Below, piece by piece: positions 1-9,889 of a stretch of DNA of 64,000 nt. Source of the DNA: a bacterium (lineage in GTDB: Bacteria; DRYD01); assembly GCA_039630415.1 (NCBI GenBank), contig JBCNVB010000013.1, forward strand, positions 34,079 through 98,078, in the 5' to 3' direction. The notes under the pieces were generated by a model that saw only the letters and a program-made list of their open reading frames with translations, searched no databases and was not told the origin of the DNA. How positions within the stretch are numbered: the first letter of the stretch is position 1; each line of letters starts with the position of its first letter. Made by a program: the position numbers and the translations under genes.

Positions 1-1
1 A

Positions 2-1597
2 ACAAGTTTTATAAAGGGCTTAAGGCAGTTAGTAAATAGATATCCTGAAAATTATGCATTTTGTTATTTGCTTGCAAAATATTTGTACATAACTGAGGAC
101 TATACTGATGCTGAGTTGGTTATTAAGAAAGCTTTGAAGCTATCTACAAATAGTTCTCAATTACTTGAAGCTCAAACTTTACTGGGCAAAATAAGGGATG
201 AAAGAGAAAAATTCCAGAAATTTGTAAACTATATGGAAACCTTAACACCAGGAATATCTGAAAAAATAGCTCACATAAATACCCTGTACAAAAAAGAAAA
301 AATCGAAGAAATATACAGTTTCCTTTCAGAACTTTCAAACTCACTCCAAGATATCATCCTTAAGTTTTACATATTCGATAAGCTTGAAATAAAAGAACAA
401 GTTGTTTACTATCTAAACATGCTTAAGATCATTGCTTTAGAAAATTCTATTGATTTATTGATGGAAATAGTTGAAAATAAGTTGTTTTATTATTCAAGTA
501 TGGAAGAGTTTGAGGAGGTAAAACAAAAAGCAGAATTAGATTACATGAGGATTTTTAAACAACCTGATGCAGTTGCAGTAGATAGTAAGGCACAAGAAAC
601 TAAGCAACAAGGTGAAGCACGACTTGAATCACAGGTTGAAACGCAATTTGAATCACAGGTTGAAACGCAAGCCGAATCACAGATTGAAACACAGCAATCT
701 AAATTTAAAGCTCTAAAACATGTATCTAATTTGGATCAAATTGATCAGTTAACCGATGAAGAAATAGACAGTATTTATATAGCCGATAAGGATGACTTTG
801 TTATTGCTTGTCTAATTAAAGCATCATTAATTGTGGAAGGTCTTGTATCAAAGCTTGATAAAATTAATCAGCTAATAAATAGTGCTGTTAGCCAAAAACA
901 AGAATTGGATGAACTTGAAAAAGTGGTGTTACTTTTTAGCGAATTAGTACGAAGTGAAAATATATCTGATTTTATAGTTCAGAAGTATGAAAATTTAAAG
1001 GAAGCTATTGAGATAGGTTCTAAATACGGTTTTCAAATGATAACCCAGTTATCTAATTGGATAGAGCAGAAATACTCTGAGTATCAAAAAACTGAAGTTG
1101 AAATTAGTTTGAAAGATATTGAAGATCTTCTAGATATACAGCTTCTTGAACGTGCAAAAATAACAGAAACAGAAGAGCTAATTTTAGCTTACTATCTTAA
1201 GTTATTTTATCAAGTTCTAAGCATAGATAGAAAGGAATACCAAGAATTAATTGATAACAAAATAGAGCAGGCTGAAGAAAGTATAGGCTATAATGAAAAG
1301 GAAAAAGTATTGGTTGATTTTCTGAAGAACTTAGGTAAATACTTTTCTGAGGATGATTTGAAAAGTTGTTTGCTTGAAGTTAAGAACTTTCTAAGTCAAT
1401 ATGGAAAAGAGGGTTATTACTCATTTTATTCTAGTTTAGTGATGGTTGTTATAAGTATCAAATTAAAGCGAGTAGCGGATATAAAGAAGTATTTAGGTTT
1501 GGTTATTAATAAGGTGGATCAGAATGTAAGTTTTCGAAAATTAGTTGGGTATCTGGAAAGGATAGGTGAAGAGTATGAAAAAAGTTCTAGTAACTAG
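2..1597 (+). CDS. Helical/TPR-like hypothetical protein, 5' end outside the window
   Basis: Frame is open from position 2. TPR-like N-terminal helices (LAKYLY..DYTDAELVIKKAL) and an internal ESQVETQ repeat linker. Confidence 0.7.
   Translation, partial: TSFIKGLRQLVNRYPENYAFCYLLAKYLYITEDYTDAELVIKKALKLSTNSSQLLEAQTLLGKIRDEREKFQKFVNYMETLTPGISEKIAHINTLYKKEKIEEIYSFLSELSNSLQDIILKFYIFDKLEIKEQVVYYLNMLKIIALENSIDLLMEIVENKLFYYSSMEEFEEVKQKAELDYMRIFKQPDAVAVDSKAQETKQQGEARLESQVETQFESQVETQAESQIETQQSKFKALKHVSNLDQIDQLTDEEIDSIYIADKDDFVIACLIKASLIVEGLVSKLDKINQLINSAVSQKQELDELEKVVLLFSELVRSENISDFIVQKYENLKEAIEIGSKYGFQMITQLSNWIEQKYSEYQKTEVEISLKDIEDLLDIQLLERAKITETEELILAYYLKLFYQVLSIDRKEYQELIDNKIEQAEESIGYNEKEKVLVDFLKNLGKYFSEDDLKSCLLEVKNFLSQYGKEGYYSFYSSLVMVVISIKLKRVADIKKYLGLVINKVDQNVSFRKLVGYLERIGEEYEKSSSN
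626..697 (+). repeat. Three copies of a 24-bp in-frame tandem repeat (ESQVETQx)
   Basis: GAATCACAGGTTGAAACGCAA+NNN at 626 and 650, with a diverged copy at 674. Confidence 0.9.
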
Positions 1598-2552
1598 TAA
1601 GTTGCCTGGAAACTGGCACCAAAAAATAGATCTGCCTGAATTTGATATTATTGTCAAGCCGGAAAATGAAGATACCAAAGATTTTCTACTTACAAATGCT
1701 GATAATACTATTGGAATCCTATGTTTGTTAACTGATAGGATAGATAAGCAAATAATGGAAAGTATGAGTAGTTTAAGGGTTATAAGTAATTATGCGGTAG
1801 GTTTTGATAATATTGATGTGGAGTATGCAACCCAAAAAGGTATATGTGTTACCAATACTCCTGGTGTATTGACAGAAACTTCGGCTGATTTAGCTTGGGC
1901 TCTCATATTAGCAGCAAGAAGAAGGATTATTCAGGCCGATAAATTTACGAGGGAAGGTAAATTTACAGGGTGGAAACCGGATCTTTTCTTAGGATATGAT
2001 GTTTATGGAAAAGTTTTGGGGATAATAGGGTTTGGTAGGATTGGTCAAGCAGTGGCAAGAAGAGCAATAGGCTTTGATATGAAAATAGTTTACTACAGTA
2101 GAAAAAGAGATCTAGAAGCAGAAAAAAAGTATAACGCTCAGTATATGGAATTAGATGAACTTCTTAGAGTAAGTGACATAGTATCGATCCATACCCCACT
2201 AAATCAAGAAAGTTATCATATGATCACATATGAAAAGCTCAAACTGATGAAACCTACGGCTACAATAGTCAATACTGCAAGAGGGAAGGTAATAAAGGAA
2301 GAGGATTTGGTTAGAGCTTTGAAAGAAGGTGTAATTTTTTCGGCGGGGTTGGACGTGTATGAATTTGAACCAGAGGTACATCCGGAGTTATTAAAACTAG
2401 AAAATGTTGTTTTATTACCTCACATTGGTAGTGCTAGCTTTGAAACTAGGATCAAAATGGCGGAAATGGCTGTAACAAATCTTGTTAATTTCCTTACAAA
2501 TAAACCGCCTTTGAGCGTAGTAAATCCTCAAGTACTTTCCAACAAAGCATAA
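1575..2552 (+). CDS. gyaR: D-glycerate dehydrogenase / glyoxylate reductase (D-2-hydroxyacid dehydrogenase family)
   Basis: AVGFDNID, GIIGFGRIG Rossmann motif, NTARG, GLDVYEFEP, PHIGSA. The ATG at 1575 follows AGGTGA. Confidence 0.88.
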   Translation: MKKVLVTSKLPGNWHQKIDLPEFDIIVKPENEDTKDFLLTNADNTIGILCLLTDRIDKQIMESMSSLRVISNYAVGFDNIDVEYATQKGICVTNTPGVLTETSADLAWALILAARRRIIQADKFTREGKFTGWKPDLFLGYDVYGKVLGIIGFGRIGQAVARRAIGFDMKIVYYSRKRDLEAEKKYNAQYMELDELLRVSDIVSIHTPLNQESYHMITYEKLKLMKPTATIVNTARGKVIKEEDLVRALKEGVIFSAGLDVYEFEPEVHPELLKLENVVLLPHIGSASFETRIKMAEMAVTNLVNFLTNKPPLSVVNPQVLSNKA

Positions 2553-2568
2553 GATACTTACTGAGTTT

Positions 2569-3504
2569 TCAAAGCTCAAAATATCTAAAAGGGTAATTTG
2601 TTTGTATTAGTTTGTAGGGTACTATTTGGGGGAGGCAGAATAGACTATAGGTAAGTTCATAGTATTTGGGCATAGCCATTTTCATTAGATTTCGTACTAG
2701 TGTTTTAGGAATGTTTATTAGAAAAGCTTTTTTTATTAGGGAGTATTTTGTTATGTACTTTTGGAGGAATTCTTGATAAGTTAGGTAGTTTGTATTTACT
2801 GTGTTGAAGATTCCTTGTTGGTTGTTTTGGAGTAGATGTTGTATTATAAGGGGTATTTCTTGGTTATGTATCCAGGGGAAGGGTGAAGTTGGGGTGATAT
2901 TTATTCCTATTGAAAATAGAGCTAGAGGATAGAGCATTTTATGGATATTTGATTTTTTATCTATTACAGCTCCTATTCTTAGAATGATTGATTTTTCTGA
3001 GAGTGGGGAGTTGAGGAGTGTATTTTCCCATTCTAGGATTAGGTTGGATATGAGATTGGGTTGAATAGGTGAAGATTCGTCTACTTTTTCAAGTGGGTTT
3101 TGGTAGTATATTCCTACTGCAGATGCGGAGACTATCTTGTAAATATCAGCTTTTGATTCTATTAAGCTGGACACTATCTTTTGATTTACTGTTACTCTAC
3201 TTTGGTATATTTTTTCCCATTTCTTTTGGGTAGTTAGTCCCAAAATATTTTCTCCTACAAAAATTAGCACTATCCATGTGGATTTTTGTGAATTTAGAAG
3301 TTCTGTAAGTATGCTTTGTAGGTTGTTAAGTGAGTATGAGATAAAGTGTGTATTGGGTATATTGTTTTTTATTTGTTTTCTGGATAGGCAAAAGATTTTG
3401 TTTAGTTGTGCGTTAGGTAGGAGATTGTTTTTTTGTATAAACTGGAAGAGATTGTTACCTATAAGACCGTTATATCCGAATAGAAGGATATTGTATTCTT
3501 TCAT
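2569..3504 (-). CDS. NAD-dependent epimerase family protein (TIGR01777-like), divergent
   Basis: GYNGLIG, SRV, SASAVGIY, WE, LRIGAV and FPWIH motifs. Confidence 0.75.
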   Translation of the reverse strand: MKEYNILLFGYNGLIGNNLFQFIQKNNLLPNAQLNKIFCLSRKQIKNNIPNTHFISYSLNNLQSILTELLNSQKSTWIVLIFVGENILGLTTQKKWEKIYQSRVTVNQKIVSSLIESKADIYKIVSASAVGIYYQNPLEKVDESSPIQPNLISNLILEWENTLLNSPLSEKSIILRIGAVIDKKSNIHKMLYPLALFSIGINITPTSPFPWIHNQEIPLIIQHLLQNNQQGIFNTVNTNYLTYQEFLQKYITKYSLIKKAFLINIPKTLVRNLMKMAMPKYYELTYSLFCLPQIVPYKLIQTNYPFRYFEL

Positions 3505-4649
3505 GCTGTAATGTTGAAGGTTTTGATATTATCTCTGATATTTTGTGCAAGAAGGATGGCTTTTTTTATGTTAATAAGTCCGTTGCCTTGGGAGTATTTG
3601 TCGTATTCTTTACCGTTTTTGTCTTTAAGTTTTATGGTTGATTGGGTGATGATATGTTTTATGGTTTGAGGGGAGGCGTTAGGTAGGATTTGGTATAGTA
3701 GTGCGGCGATACCGCTTACTATGGCTGTTCCTGCGCTGGTGCCTGAGCTTTCTATGTAGTATCCTTTACTCCAGTCTGATGTGATGTGTGGGTCTAGGAT
3801 GCTGGAGGGTACTCTAGCGCCGAGGATTTTTTTAGACGGTGCGATTACATCGGGTTTGTCGAGTTTTTCCAGGGTAGGTGTTGGTCCTCTTGAAGAACCC
3901 ACGTAAATTTCATCGTCTTCGATGGATGGGGTATTTTTGGTATCGCTACCTCCGACGGTGATGACGTTGGGTGCGACGCCTGGGCTATCGATTGTTTCGT
4001 AGGTTTGATCGTTACCAGCTGCTGCAACTACTGTAAATTCTTTAGCTAGTTGGTCGGCTAGTTTGGCAATTTCATCTTCTTCCCAAGATTTGTCGGGGTT
4101 AGTATCAACTCCTAAAGAAATGTTAATCACTTTTACGTTATATTTTTTGCCGTTTTCAATAAGCCATTGAAGTGCTTTGATTAGTTCAGAGACTGTAGTT
4201 ATTCTAAGGATAACGAATTTAACATCTGGAGCTATGCCTTGGTTATATCCTTTTGAGGCTTTTCCTGTACCACCGATTATTGAGGTTACGTAAGTTCCAT
4301 GTCCTAGGATATCTTTTGGATTTTCTTGGGTTGATTCTCCTGAGAAGTCTTTATAGAAGATTATTCTATCTTTGTCTATATCTGGGTGATCATAGATAAT
4401 ACCACTATCTATTACTGCTACGACAACGTCTTTACCAGTTAGATTATTTTCAATCGCTGTTTGTAGATCTATGGCTTGGAGATTAGGATTCAGTATATAG
4501 TACGACAAATCGTTTTCGGAGTGATTTATTTGTACTGTATCCTGTATTTCTGTTGTTTTGTCTGTTTGTATTTTGGGAGTTACTTTTGTTAATGAAGTAT
4601 TGATTAGGGTTTCAGTGTGTTTAATCTTGTTTTTCTGACTTATGTACAT
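3501..4649 (-). CDS. S8 subtilisin-like serine protease (AprX-like), no Sec signal peptide
   Basis: Catalytic triad motifs VAVIDSG, GHGT and SGTS; oxyanion AAAGN; KPDVIAP. The ATG at 4649 is preferred over the ORF-track start at 4718, but the start is uncertain. Confidence 0.88.
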   Translation of the reverse strand: MYISQKNKIKHTETLINTSLTKVTPKIQTDKTTEIQDTVQINHSENDLSYYILNPNLQAIDLQTAIENNLTGKDVVVAVIDSGIIYDHPDIDKDRIIFYKDFSGESTQENPKDILGHGTYVTSIIGGTGKASKGYNQGIAPDVKFVILRITTVSELIKALQWLIENGKKYNVKVINISLGVDTNPDKSWEEDEIAKLADQLAKEFTVVAAAGNDQTYETIDSPGVAPNVITVGGSDTKNTPSIEDDEIYVGSSRGPTPTLEKLDKPDVIAPSKKILGARVPSSILDPHITSDWSKGYYIESSGTSAGTAIVSGIAALLYQILPNASPQTIKHIITQSTIKLKDKNGKEYDKYSQGNGLINIKKAILLAQNIRDNIKTFNITA

Positions 4650-4692
4650 ATTTTTTAGGTTATCGCTGTTTATTTTTATTATGTACGGGTTA

Positions 4693-4709
4693 TGTAAAAA
4701 AAATGTTAA
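4693..4709 (+). promoter_or_regulatory. Direct-repeat box TGTAAA-AAAAA-TGTTAA (11-bp period)
   Basis: Lies between divergent genes. Matches the WalR-type consensus TGTWAH-N5-TGTWAH and recurs at three other sites. Confidence 0.6.
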
Positions 4710-4810
4710 AAAAAGCATTCAGAAATTTTAATTTCGTTTCGGATGGAACATATACATCTGAAGAAAAGCAAAGTAAGTTATAATAGAATAGGCCGTAGGG
4801 GGTGGGTATA

Positions 4811-6055
4811 ATGTCTTTTGATGTTTTCAACTCCATGAACATTATAACAGGTGGAAGAACACAGAACATATATAGGATTAGTATAACGGCGGATATAAGT
4901 GTACCTATTCATCAGGGTTCTACAATATCCGATCATTACCAAGCGGGATTGCTCATAAGGCCTACTGCAGATTTTGATAGTCTAATATCGGCAGTAAGGG
5001 ATTTATCGTTTAACACTTCTTATAATCCAGGACCAATACCTGCAATACCTGAGCCTTCACATTCTACATATCAGGGTATAAATAGTCTGGAACAACTAAC
5101 AAATATGCTTAGAAATTTTGGTGAGAAGTTAAATCAGCTCACAAGTGTTTTTGATAGAACACAGGCAGATAAGATGAGAACGATAAACACCATAAGAAAC
5201 TTGGAGCAACAAAAAGCTAATATAGAAAATAGAATAAACCAACTGAATGCTAGGATACAACAGTTAAACAATCAAGCTAATCAATTAGATAATCAGGCAA
5301 AGCAATTAGATGCTAAAGCTAATAATTTAGAAAAGCAGGCTAATAATTTAGAAAAGAATGCTGCTAAAATAGAGCAGCAGGCAAGGGCTTTGATGTCAAA
5401 TCCCAAAACTGCTGCAAAAGGAGCTAGTTTGATGGCCAAAGCTCAGTCACTAAGAAAAACAGCTGCAACTCTAAAAGCTCAAGCTAAACAATTAAAGCAA
5501 CAAGCAAAACAACTAAGAAATCAAGCTCAGAGATTAAGAGGAGAAGCAAATAGACTACAACAGCAAGTAAATCAACTGCAACAAAGAAAACAAATGGTAG
5601 AGCTAAGATTGAATAACCAAAAGAAATTACTCCAAAAAATAGATAACCACCAACAAAGAATAACTGATTCAATGAGAAAAGTAGTAGAGCATGCAAGACT
5701 TATATATCAAAGAGCTATGGAATTGGTAGGTGCAAGAAATCAAGCCAATCCATTCCAACAACTGATAAACGATATACAATCGATGTTTAACAATAGAGCT
5801 TTAGGAAATGTACCAGGAATGGGCTTTATGCCAGGTATGGGAATGATGCCAGGTATGCCATTTAATCCTGCCCTTGCAATCGCTCAAGCAATCAATAATG
5901 TCTTTGCAATGGGATTCATAGCAGGAATGTCATTTGGTAAAAATAAAGCAATGAGAGATATGATGGGAATGATGGCAGGTATAGGACTTATGATGATGGG
6001 ACCTATGGCTGGTCCTATGCTAGGATTGGGCTTCCTAAGCAGAATGATTAGATAA
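4811..6055 (+). CDS. Long coiled-coil protein with a Gly/Met-rich hydrophobic C-terminus
   Basis: Q/N/K/A heptad repeats over about 200 aa; C-terminal GMMMAGIGLMMMGPMAGPMLGLGFL. SD GGGGGTGG lies before ATG 4811. Confidence 0.8.
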   Translation: MSFDVFNSMNIITGGRTQNIYRISITADISVPIHQGSTISDHYQAGLLIRPTADFDSLISAVRDLSFNTSYNPGPIPAIPEPSHSTYQGINSLEQLTNMLRNFGEKLNQLTSVFDRTQADKMRTINTIRNLEQQKANIENRINQLNARIQQLNNQANQLDNQAKQLDAKANNLEKQANNLEKNAAKIEQQARALMSNPKTAAKGASLMAKAQSLRKTAATLKAQAKQLKQQAKQLRNQAQRLRGEANRLQQQVNQLQQRKQMVELRLNNQKKLLQKIDNHQQRITDSMRKVVEHARLIYQRAMELVGARNQANPFQQLINDIQSMFNNRALGNVPGMGFMPGMGMMPGMPFNPALAIAQAINNVFAMGFIAGMSFGKNKAMRDMMGMMAGIGLMMMGPMAGPMLGLGFLSRMIR

Positions 6056-6078
6056 TACAAATACATAATACAAGTACT

Positions 6079-6672
6079 ATGGAATTGATATTTGTAGTTA
6101 GTTTTGCGGTAATACTTGCAGCTTTTACGGGAATAAGAGCATTCTTACCACTAACTATAGTATCCGTAATGGCTAAATTTAACTTAGTTACAATACCAGC
6201 CTCATCAAAATTCATAAACTTTTTAACTGACGAAAGAGTCATGGCTTTTCTAATAATCGCCACTATCATCGAAATACTATCAGATAAAATTCCATTAATA
6301 GACAATATCCTAGATAGTGTCTATGTAGTTCTAAAACCAGTCATATCGGTTATTAGTGCATATTCTATAACACTTTCTACTGTAGAACCATGGCAAGGTT
6401 TTATTATATCTTTAACACTTGCATTAATATCGAGCTCATCATCTAGTATATCTAAAGCAACGGTTAGGGCAGCATCTACTACATTCTCTGCAGGAACCCT
6501 TAATACTTTAATAAGTTTTATTGAAGATGTCACTGTATTCATAGGTATTATAATCTCCGTGATATTTACGATAATATTGCCTCTGATGGCACTTACGATA
6601 ATACTGCTAATTGCTCTTGGTTTATTCATGATTTTAAAGTTGAGGTATAATCCCAAGTGGAAAACGAGCTAA
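6079..6672 (+). CDS. DUF4126 family membrane protein
   Basis: GIRAFLP, EILSDKIP..DN.LD and S..ED motifs; multiple TM segments. Confidence 0.8.
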   Translation: MELIFVVSFAVILAAFTGIRAFLPLTIVSVMAKFNLVTIPASSKFINFLTDERVMAFLIIATIIEILSDKIPLIDNILDSVYVVLKPVISVISAYSITLSTVEPWQGFIISLTLALISSSSSSISKATVRAASTTFSAGTLNTLISFIEDVTVFIGIIISVIFTIILPLMALTIILLIALGLFMILKLRYNPKWKTS

Positions 6673-8576
6673 AATATTCAAAAGGTTCTTACCTACAATA
6701 CCACAAAGATAATCCAATCAACTGGATGGTATGGGGTAGTAAAGCTTTTAATTTAGCTCAAGAATTAGATAAACCGATATTTTTGTCAATAGGATATTTT
6801 ACCTGTCATTGGTGTCATGTAATGGCAAGAGAGGTTTTCGAGGATGAAGAGGTAGCAGAGTTGTTAAACAAGCAATTTGTATGTATAAAGGTAGATAGAG
6901 AGGAGCTTCCTGATGTTGACAGTTTTTATATACAGGCTCTGAGTATACTTCAGGGTGGTAATGCTGGTTGGCCAGCTAATTTATTTTTAACCCCAGACCT
7001 TAAACCATTTTTTGGATTTACTTATTTGCCTAAAAAAAATTTCATGACTATAGTTCAACAAATAGCTTATCTATGGAAACAAAGTAAACTGGAATTAATT
7101 CAATACGCGGAGCAGGTATATCAGTATCTTAAGGAAAACTATTTTAACAAAATTGGAACTTATCCTATCCATATTCTTTCAGTAAATAATCTTGAAAAGT
7201 TTTTGTATGAAGTTGATAAGCGTATTTATGAAGGGTTGGATGAATATGGTGGTTTTGGGATACAACCTAAATTTCCCCCTCATCAAATCCTTGAATATTT
7301 GCTTTATAGATTTGAAGATACTCCAAGCAAATTTGTTTTTGAATATATAGATAAAACATTGGTTGGGATGATGATGGGGGGTATGTATGATGTAATTGAT
7401 GGGGGATTTTGTAGGTATAGTACTGATCAAAAATGGATGGTACCACATTTTGAAAAAATGCTTTATGATAATGCTTTACTTATGTTTATATATCACAAAG
7501 CTTCACAAATATATCAAGATATAGATCGAAATAAAGCAGAAATATTTAAGTATGTGTCCCAAACTGTACTTGAATTTCTTAGTTCATTTTTATACGATTC
7601 TGGAGCTTATTTAAGTTCTTTGTCAGCTGAATCTCTGGATGATGGGGTCTATCAAGAAGGTGCATATTATCTTTTTAAACCAGGTGAAATACAGCAAATT
7701 AACAACCTAGATCTGTACTATTCAGTTTATGAGTTTTATAATCCTCATACAAAATATAGAGGTCTGATTTTGCATTACAAAGAGTTTCCAAAACATAAAT
7801 CTTTAAACGAAATTTTGGGCATAAGGAATCAGTTAAAGCAAATAAGGTCTACAAAATCTAAACCACCAGCGGATAACAAAATAATCTTCTCTTGGAACTC
7901 TATGCTTTGTTACTATTTGCTTAAATGCTATCAAATTTATGGTTATGATTCTTTCTTACAAAAAGCTTCAGAAATTTTAGATTTTTTAATTAGTAAAATG
8001 TTTTCCAAAGATCAGATTTATAGAATATGTGTTGATGGTTATATTTATGAGAAGGGAATGCTGGAGGATTACTTATGGTTTTCTTTAGCAACAAATCTCT
8101 ATTATCAAATAACAAAAAAAGAGGATTATTTGAATGTATCCAGGAAAATTTTTGATGAATTAAACACTAAGTTTTTTAGAGATGGTATTTTTTATAATTC
8201 TCAAGAATTTTTAACTTATGATGTATTTGATAGTTCTATACACTCTAACAATTCTCTAGCTTTAATTCTTGCTTTAGTCCTTGAGAATAATATACAGGAC
8301 AAGTACAAGGAAATCGCTTTAAAAATGTTTAATTTCACGGATAATGTAAATCATCTTGGAAGTTTTTTACTATTCCTTGATTTATATAAAAACAGTCAGA
8401 CCAAAGTTAAGAGTAGAACTAGTTTGGACGGTGATTTATATAAGATCTATTTTGACTCAGTATATGAAGTAAAGCCTTCAAGTATTGAAATTAAGAAAGA
8501 TGAAAAGAAGCAAGTTGTATTAAGCGTTTGTCAAGAAGATAAATGTTATGAAATTTACAAAACGATTGAATTTTGA
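6657..8576 (+). CDS. Thioredoxin-domain protein, YyaL/SSP411 (DUF255) family
   Basis: YLQYH.DNPINW, SIGY.TCHWCHVM, KVDREE.PDVD, PKFP, PHFEKMLYDNA. Confidence 0.9.
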   Translation: MENELKYSKGSYLQYHKDNPINWMVWGSKAFNLAQELDKPIFLSIGYFTCHWCHVMAREVFEDEEVAELLNKQFVCIKVDREELPDVDSFYIQALSILQGGNAGWPANLFLTPDLKPFFGFTYLPKKNFMTIVQQIAYLWKQSKLELIQYAEQVYQYLKENYFNKIGTYPIHILSVNNLEKFLYEVDKRIYEGLDEYGGFGIQPKFPPHQILEYLLYRFEDTPSKFVFEYIDKTLVGMMMGGMYDVIDGGFCRYSTDQKWMVPHFEKMLYDNALLMFIYHKASQIYQDIDRNKAEIFKYVSQTVLEFLSSFLYDSGAYLSSLSAESLDDGVYQEGAYYLFKPGEIQQINNLDLYYSVYEFYNPHTKYRGLILHYKEFPKHKSLNEILGIRNQLKQIRSTKSKPPADNKIIFSWNSMLCYYLLKCYQIYGYDSFLQKASEILDFLISKMFSKDQIYRICVDGYIYEKGMLEDYLWFSLATNLYYQITKKEDYLNVSRKIFDELNTKFFRDGIFYNSQEFLTYDVFDSSIHSNNSLALILALVLENNIQDKYKEIALKMFNFTDNVNHLGSFLLFLDLYKNSQTKVKSRTSLDGDLYKIYFDSVYEVKPSSIEIKKDEKKQVVLSVCQEDKCYEIYKTIEF

Positions 8577-9715
8577 TGAGTATTTTCATTTCTGTTTGTG
8601 ACTATTCATCTGAATTCTATGCTAGTAAGTTAATAGAATATATTGCCAAAGATGTAGGGAGCAAGATATTTGTTATAGGTGGTGATTTATTAAGAAACTT
8701 ATCCAAAAAATACTCTAACGTTGTTTTTTTGATAGAATCTGTTAGGTATAGTTCTGTAGGTTTTTTTGAGAATTTAAGTATGGTTCCGTTTATACTTTGG
8801 GACTATTTAAAGCTTAAAAGAATGCTTTGGAGTATAAAACCTACTTTATCAATTTTATTTGATTCACCAGCTATAAATGTTAGGTTGATAAGATTTTTGA
8901 AAGATATTGGATCGAAAATAATTTATATCATACCTCCTAGGAGTTGGAGTTTACAAAGGACAAAAACTCATGAGTTGGTTGAAAATAATTGTGAATATGT
9001 TATTGTACCTTTTAAGTTTAATCTGAAAGTGTATCAAGGTAAAAATATTTTGTTTTTTGGTCATCCTATGGTAGAGATAATAGACAAAAGTCTTATTAGT
9101 ACACAAGAAAAATGTTCTTTAGGTATTTTCCCAGGTAGTAGAACTTTTGAAATCAAATTTGTTTCCAGACCGGTTTTTGATATCATTCATATTTTGAACC
9201 AAAAATTTGAAAAGATAATAATCTCTGCTACTAATCATACTTTGAAGTATTTGAATCATTTATCTGATGATTTTGAAATATGTAGTAATTATGAGCAGAT
9301 TGTAAATAGAATAGGAATTGCTTTAAGTACTTCAGGTACTGTAGTTCTTAAAAATGTTTTATACGCCATACCAACTATATGCTTTTACAGAGTATACAAA
9401 ATTTCTGAATGGATATTCAACAATTTTGTCAAAATGAAGGTAACAAAAATAGCATTGCCCAATATACTAGCTGAGTATGAATTTCCTGACAGTCTCAAGG
9501 ATAAATACTTTAAAGCTGATATAGTCCCTGAATTACTACAGGATCATTGCAATTCAAATAGTATACTTAGTACCCTTCAGAAAGTTATTGATAACTATGA
9601 TAAATACAAACAAGTAGTTAAAGAGTTCAGGAGTATTTTTTTTGAATTTTATCCTCCGCAACCTATTAAGGATATTTCCGAATTTGTTCTGGATTACTAT
9701 CGAAAAATAACATGA
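8573..9715 (+). CDS. lpxB: Lipid-A-disaccharide synthase-like glycosyltransferase
   Basis: DSP..N, PP..W, FFGHP, FPGSR..EI, SGT, LPNIL and PELLQ match the LpxB motif series. Confidence 0.75.
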   Translation: MMSIFISVCDYSSEFYASKLIEYIAKDVGSKIFVIGGDLLRNLSKKYSNVVFLIESVRYSSVGFFENLSMVPFILWDYLKLKRMLWSIKPTLSILFDSPAINVRLIRFLKDIGSKIIYIIPPRSWSLQRTKTHELVENNCEYVIVPFKFNLKVYQGKNILFFGHPMVEIIDKSLISTQEKCSLGIFPGSRTFEIKFVSRPVFDIIHILNQKFEKIIISATNHTLKYLNHLSDDFEICSNYEQIVNRIGIALSTSGTVVLKNVLYAIPTICFYRVYKISEWIFNNFVKMKVTKIALPNILAEYEFPDSLKDKYFKADIVPELLQDHCNSNSILSTLQKVIDNYDKYKQVVKEFRSIFFEFYPPQPIKDISEFVLDYYRKIT

Positions 9716-9889
9716 AAAATAGCAATAGCAAGGATTTGTTAGATGATATGTAGAATATAATTTAGAAGAGTTAGAAGAGTAAAGAAGTTTCATATATGTA
9801 TAGTTCAATCAAGAGAAAGATGTACTAATCGAATAAAGGAAGGGGAGTGTAGACGATGCAAAGCATGTCCTCATCTATAAGAAAGAAAA

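Noticed and set aside
626-697. 24-bp repeat as a functional array
   Set aside because: It is three in-frame copies in a disordered linker, consistent with ordinary slippage expansion.
4655-4690. Sigma-28 promoter (AGCGATAA) upstream of the S8 protease
   Set aside because: There is no TAAA at the required 15-nt spacing, and it is a single weak match in AT-rich DNA.
9737-9754. TGTTAG..TGTAGA upstream of hfq as a fifth repeat box
   Set aside because: The period is 12 rather than 11, both half-sites mismatch, and there is no A-tract spacer.
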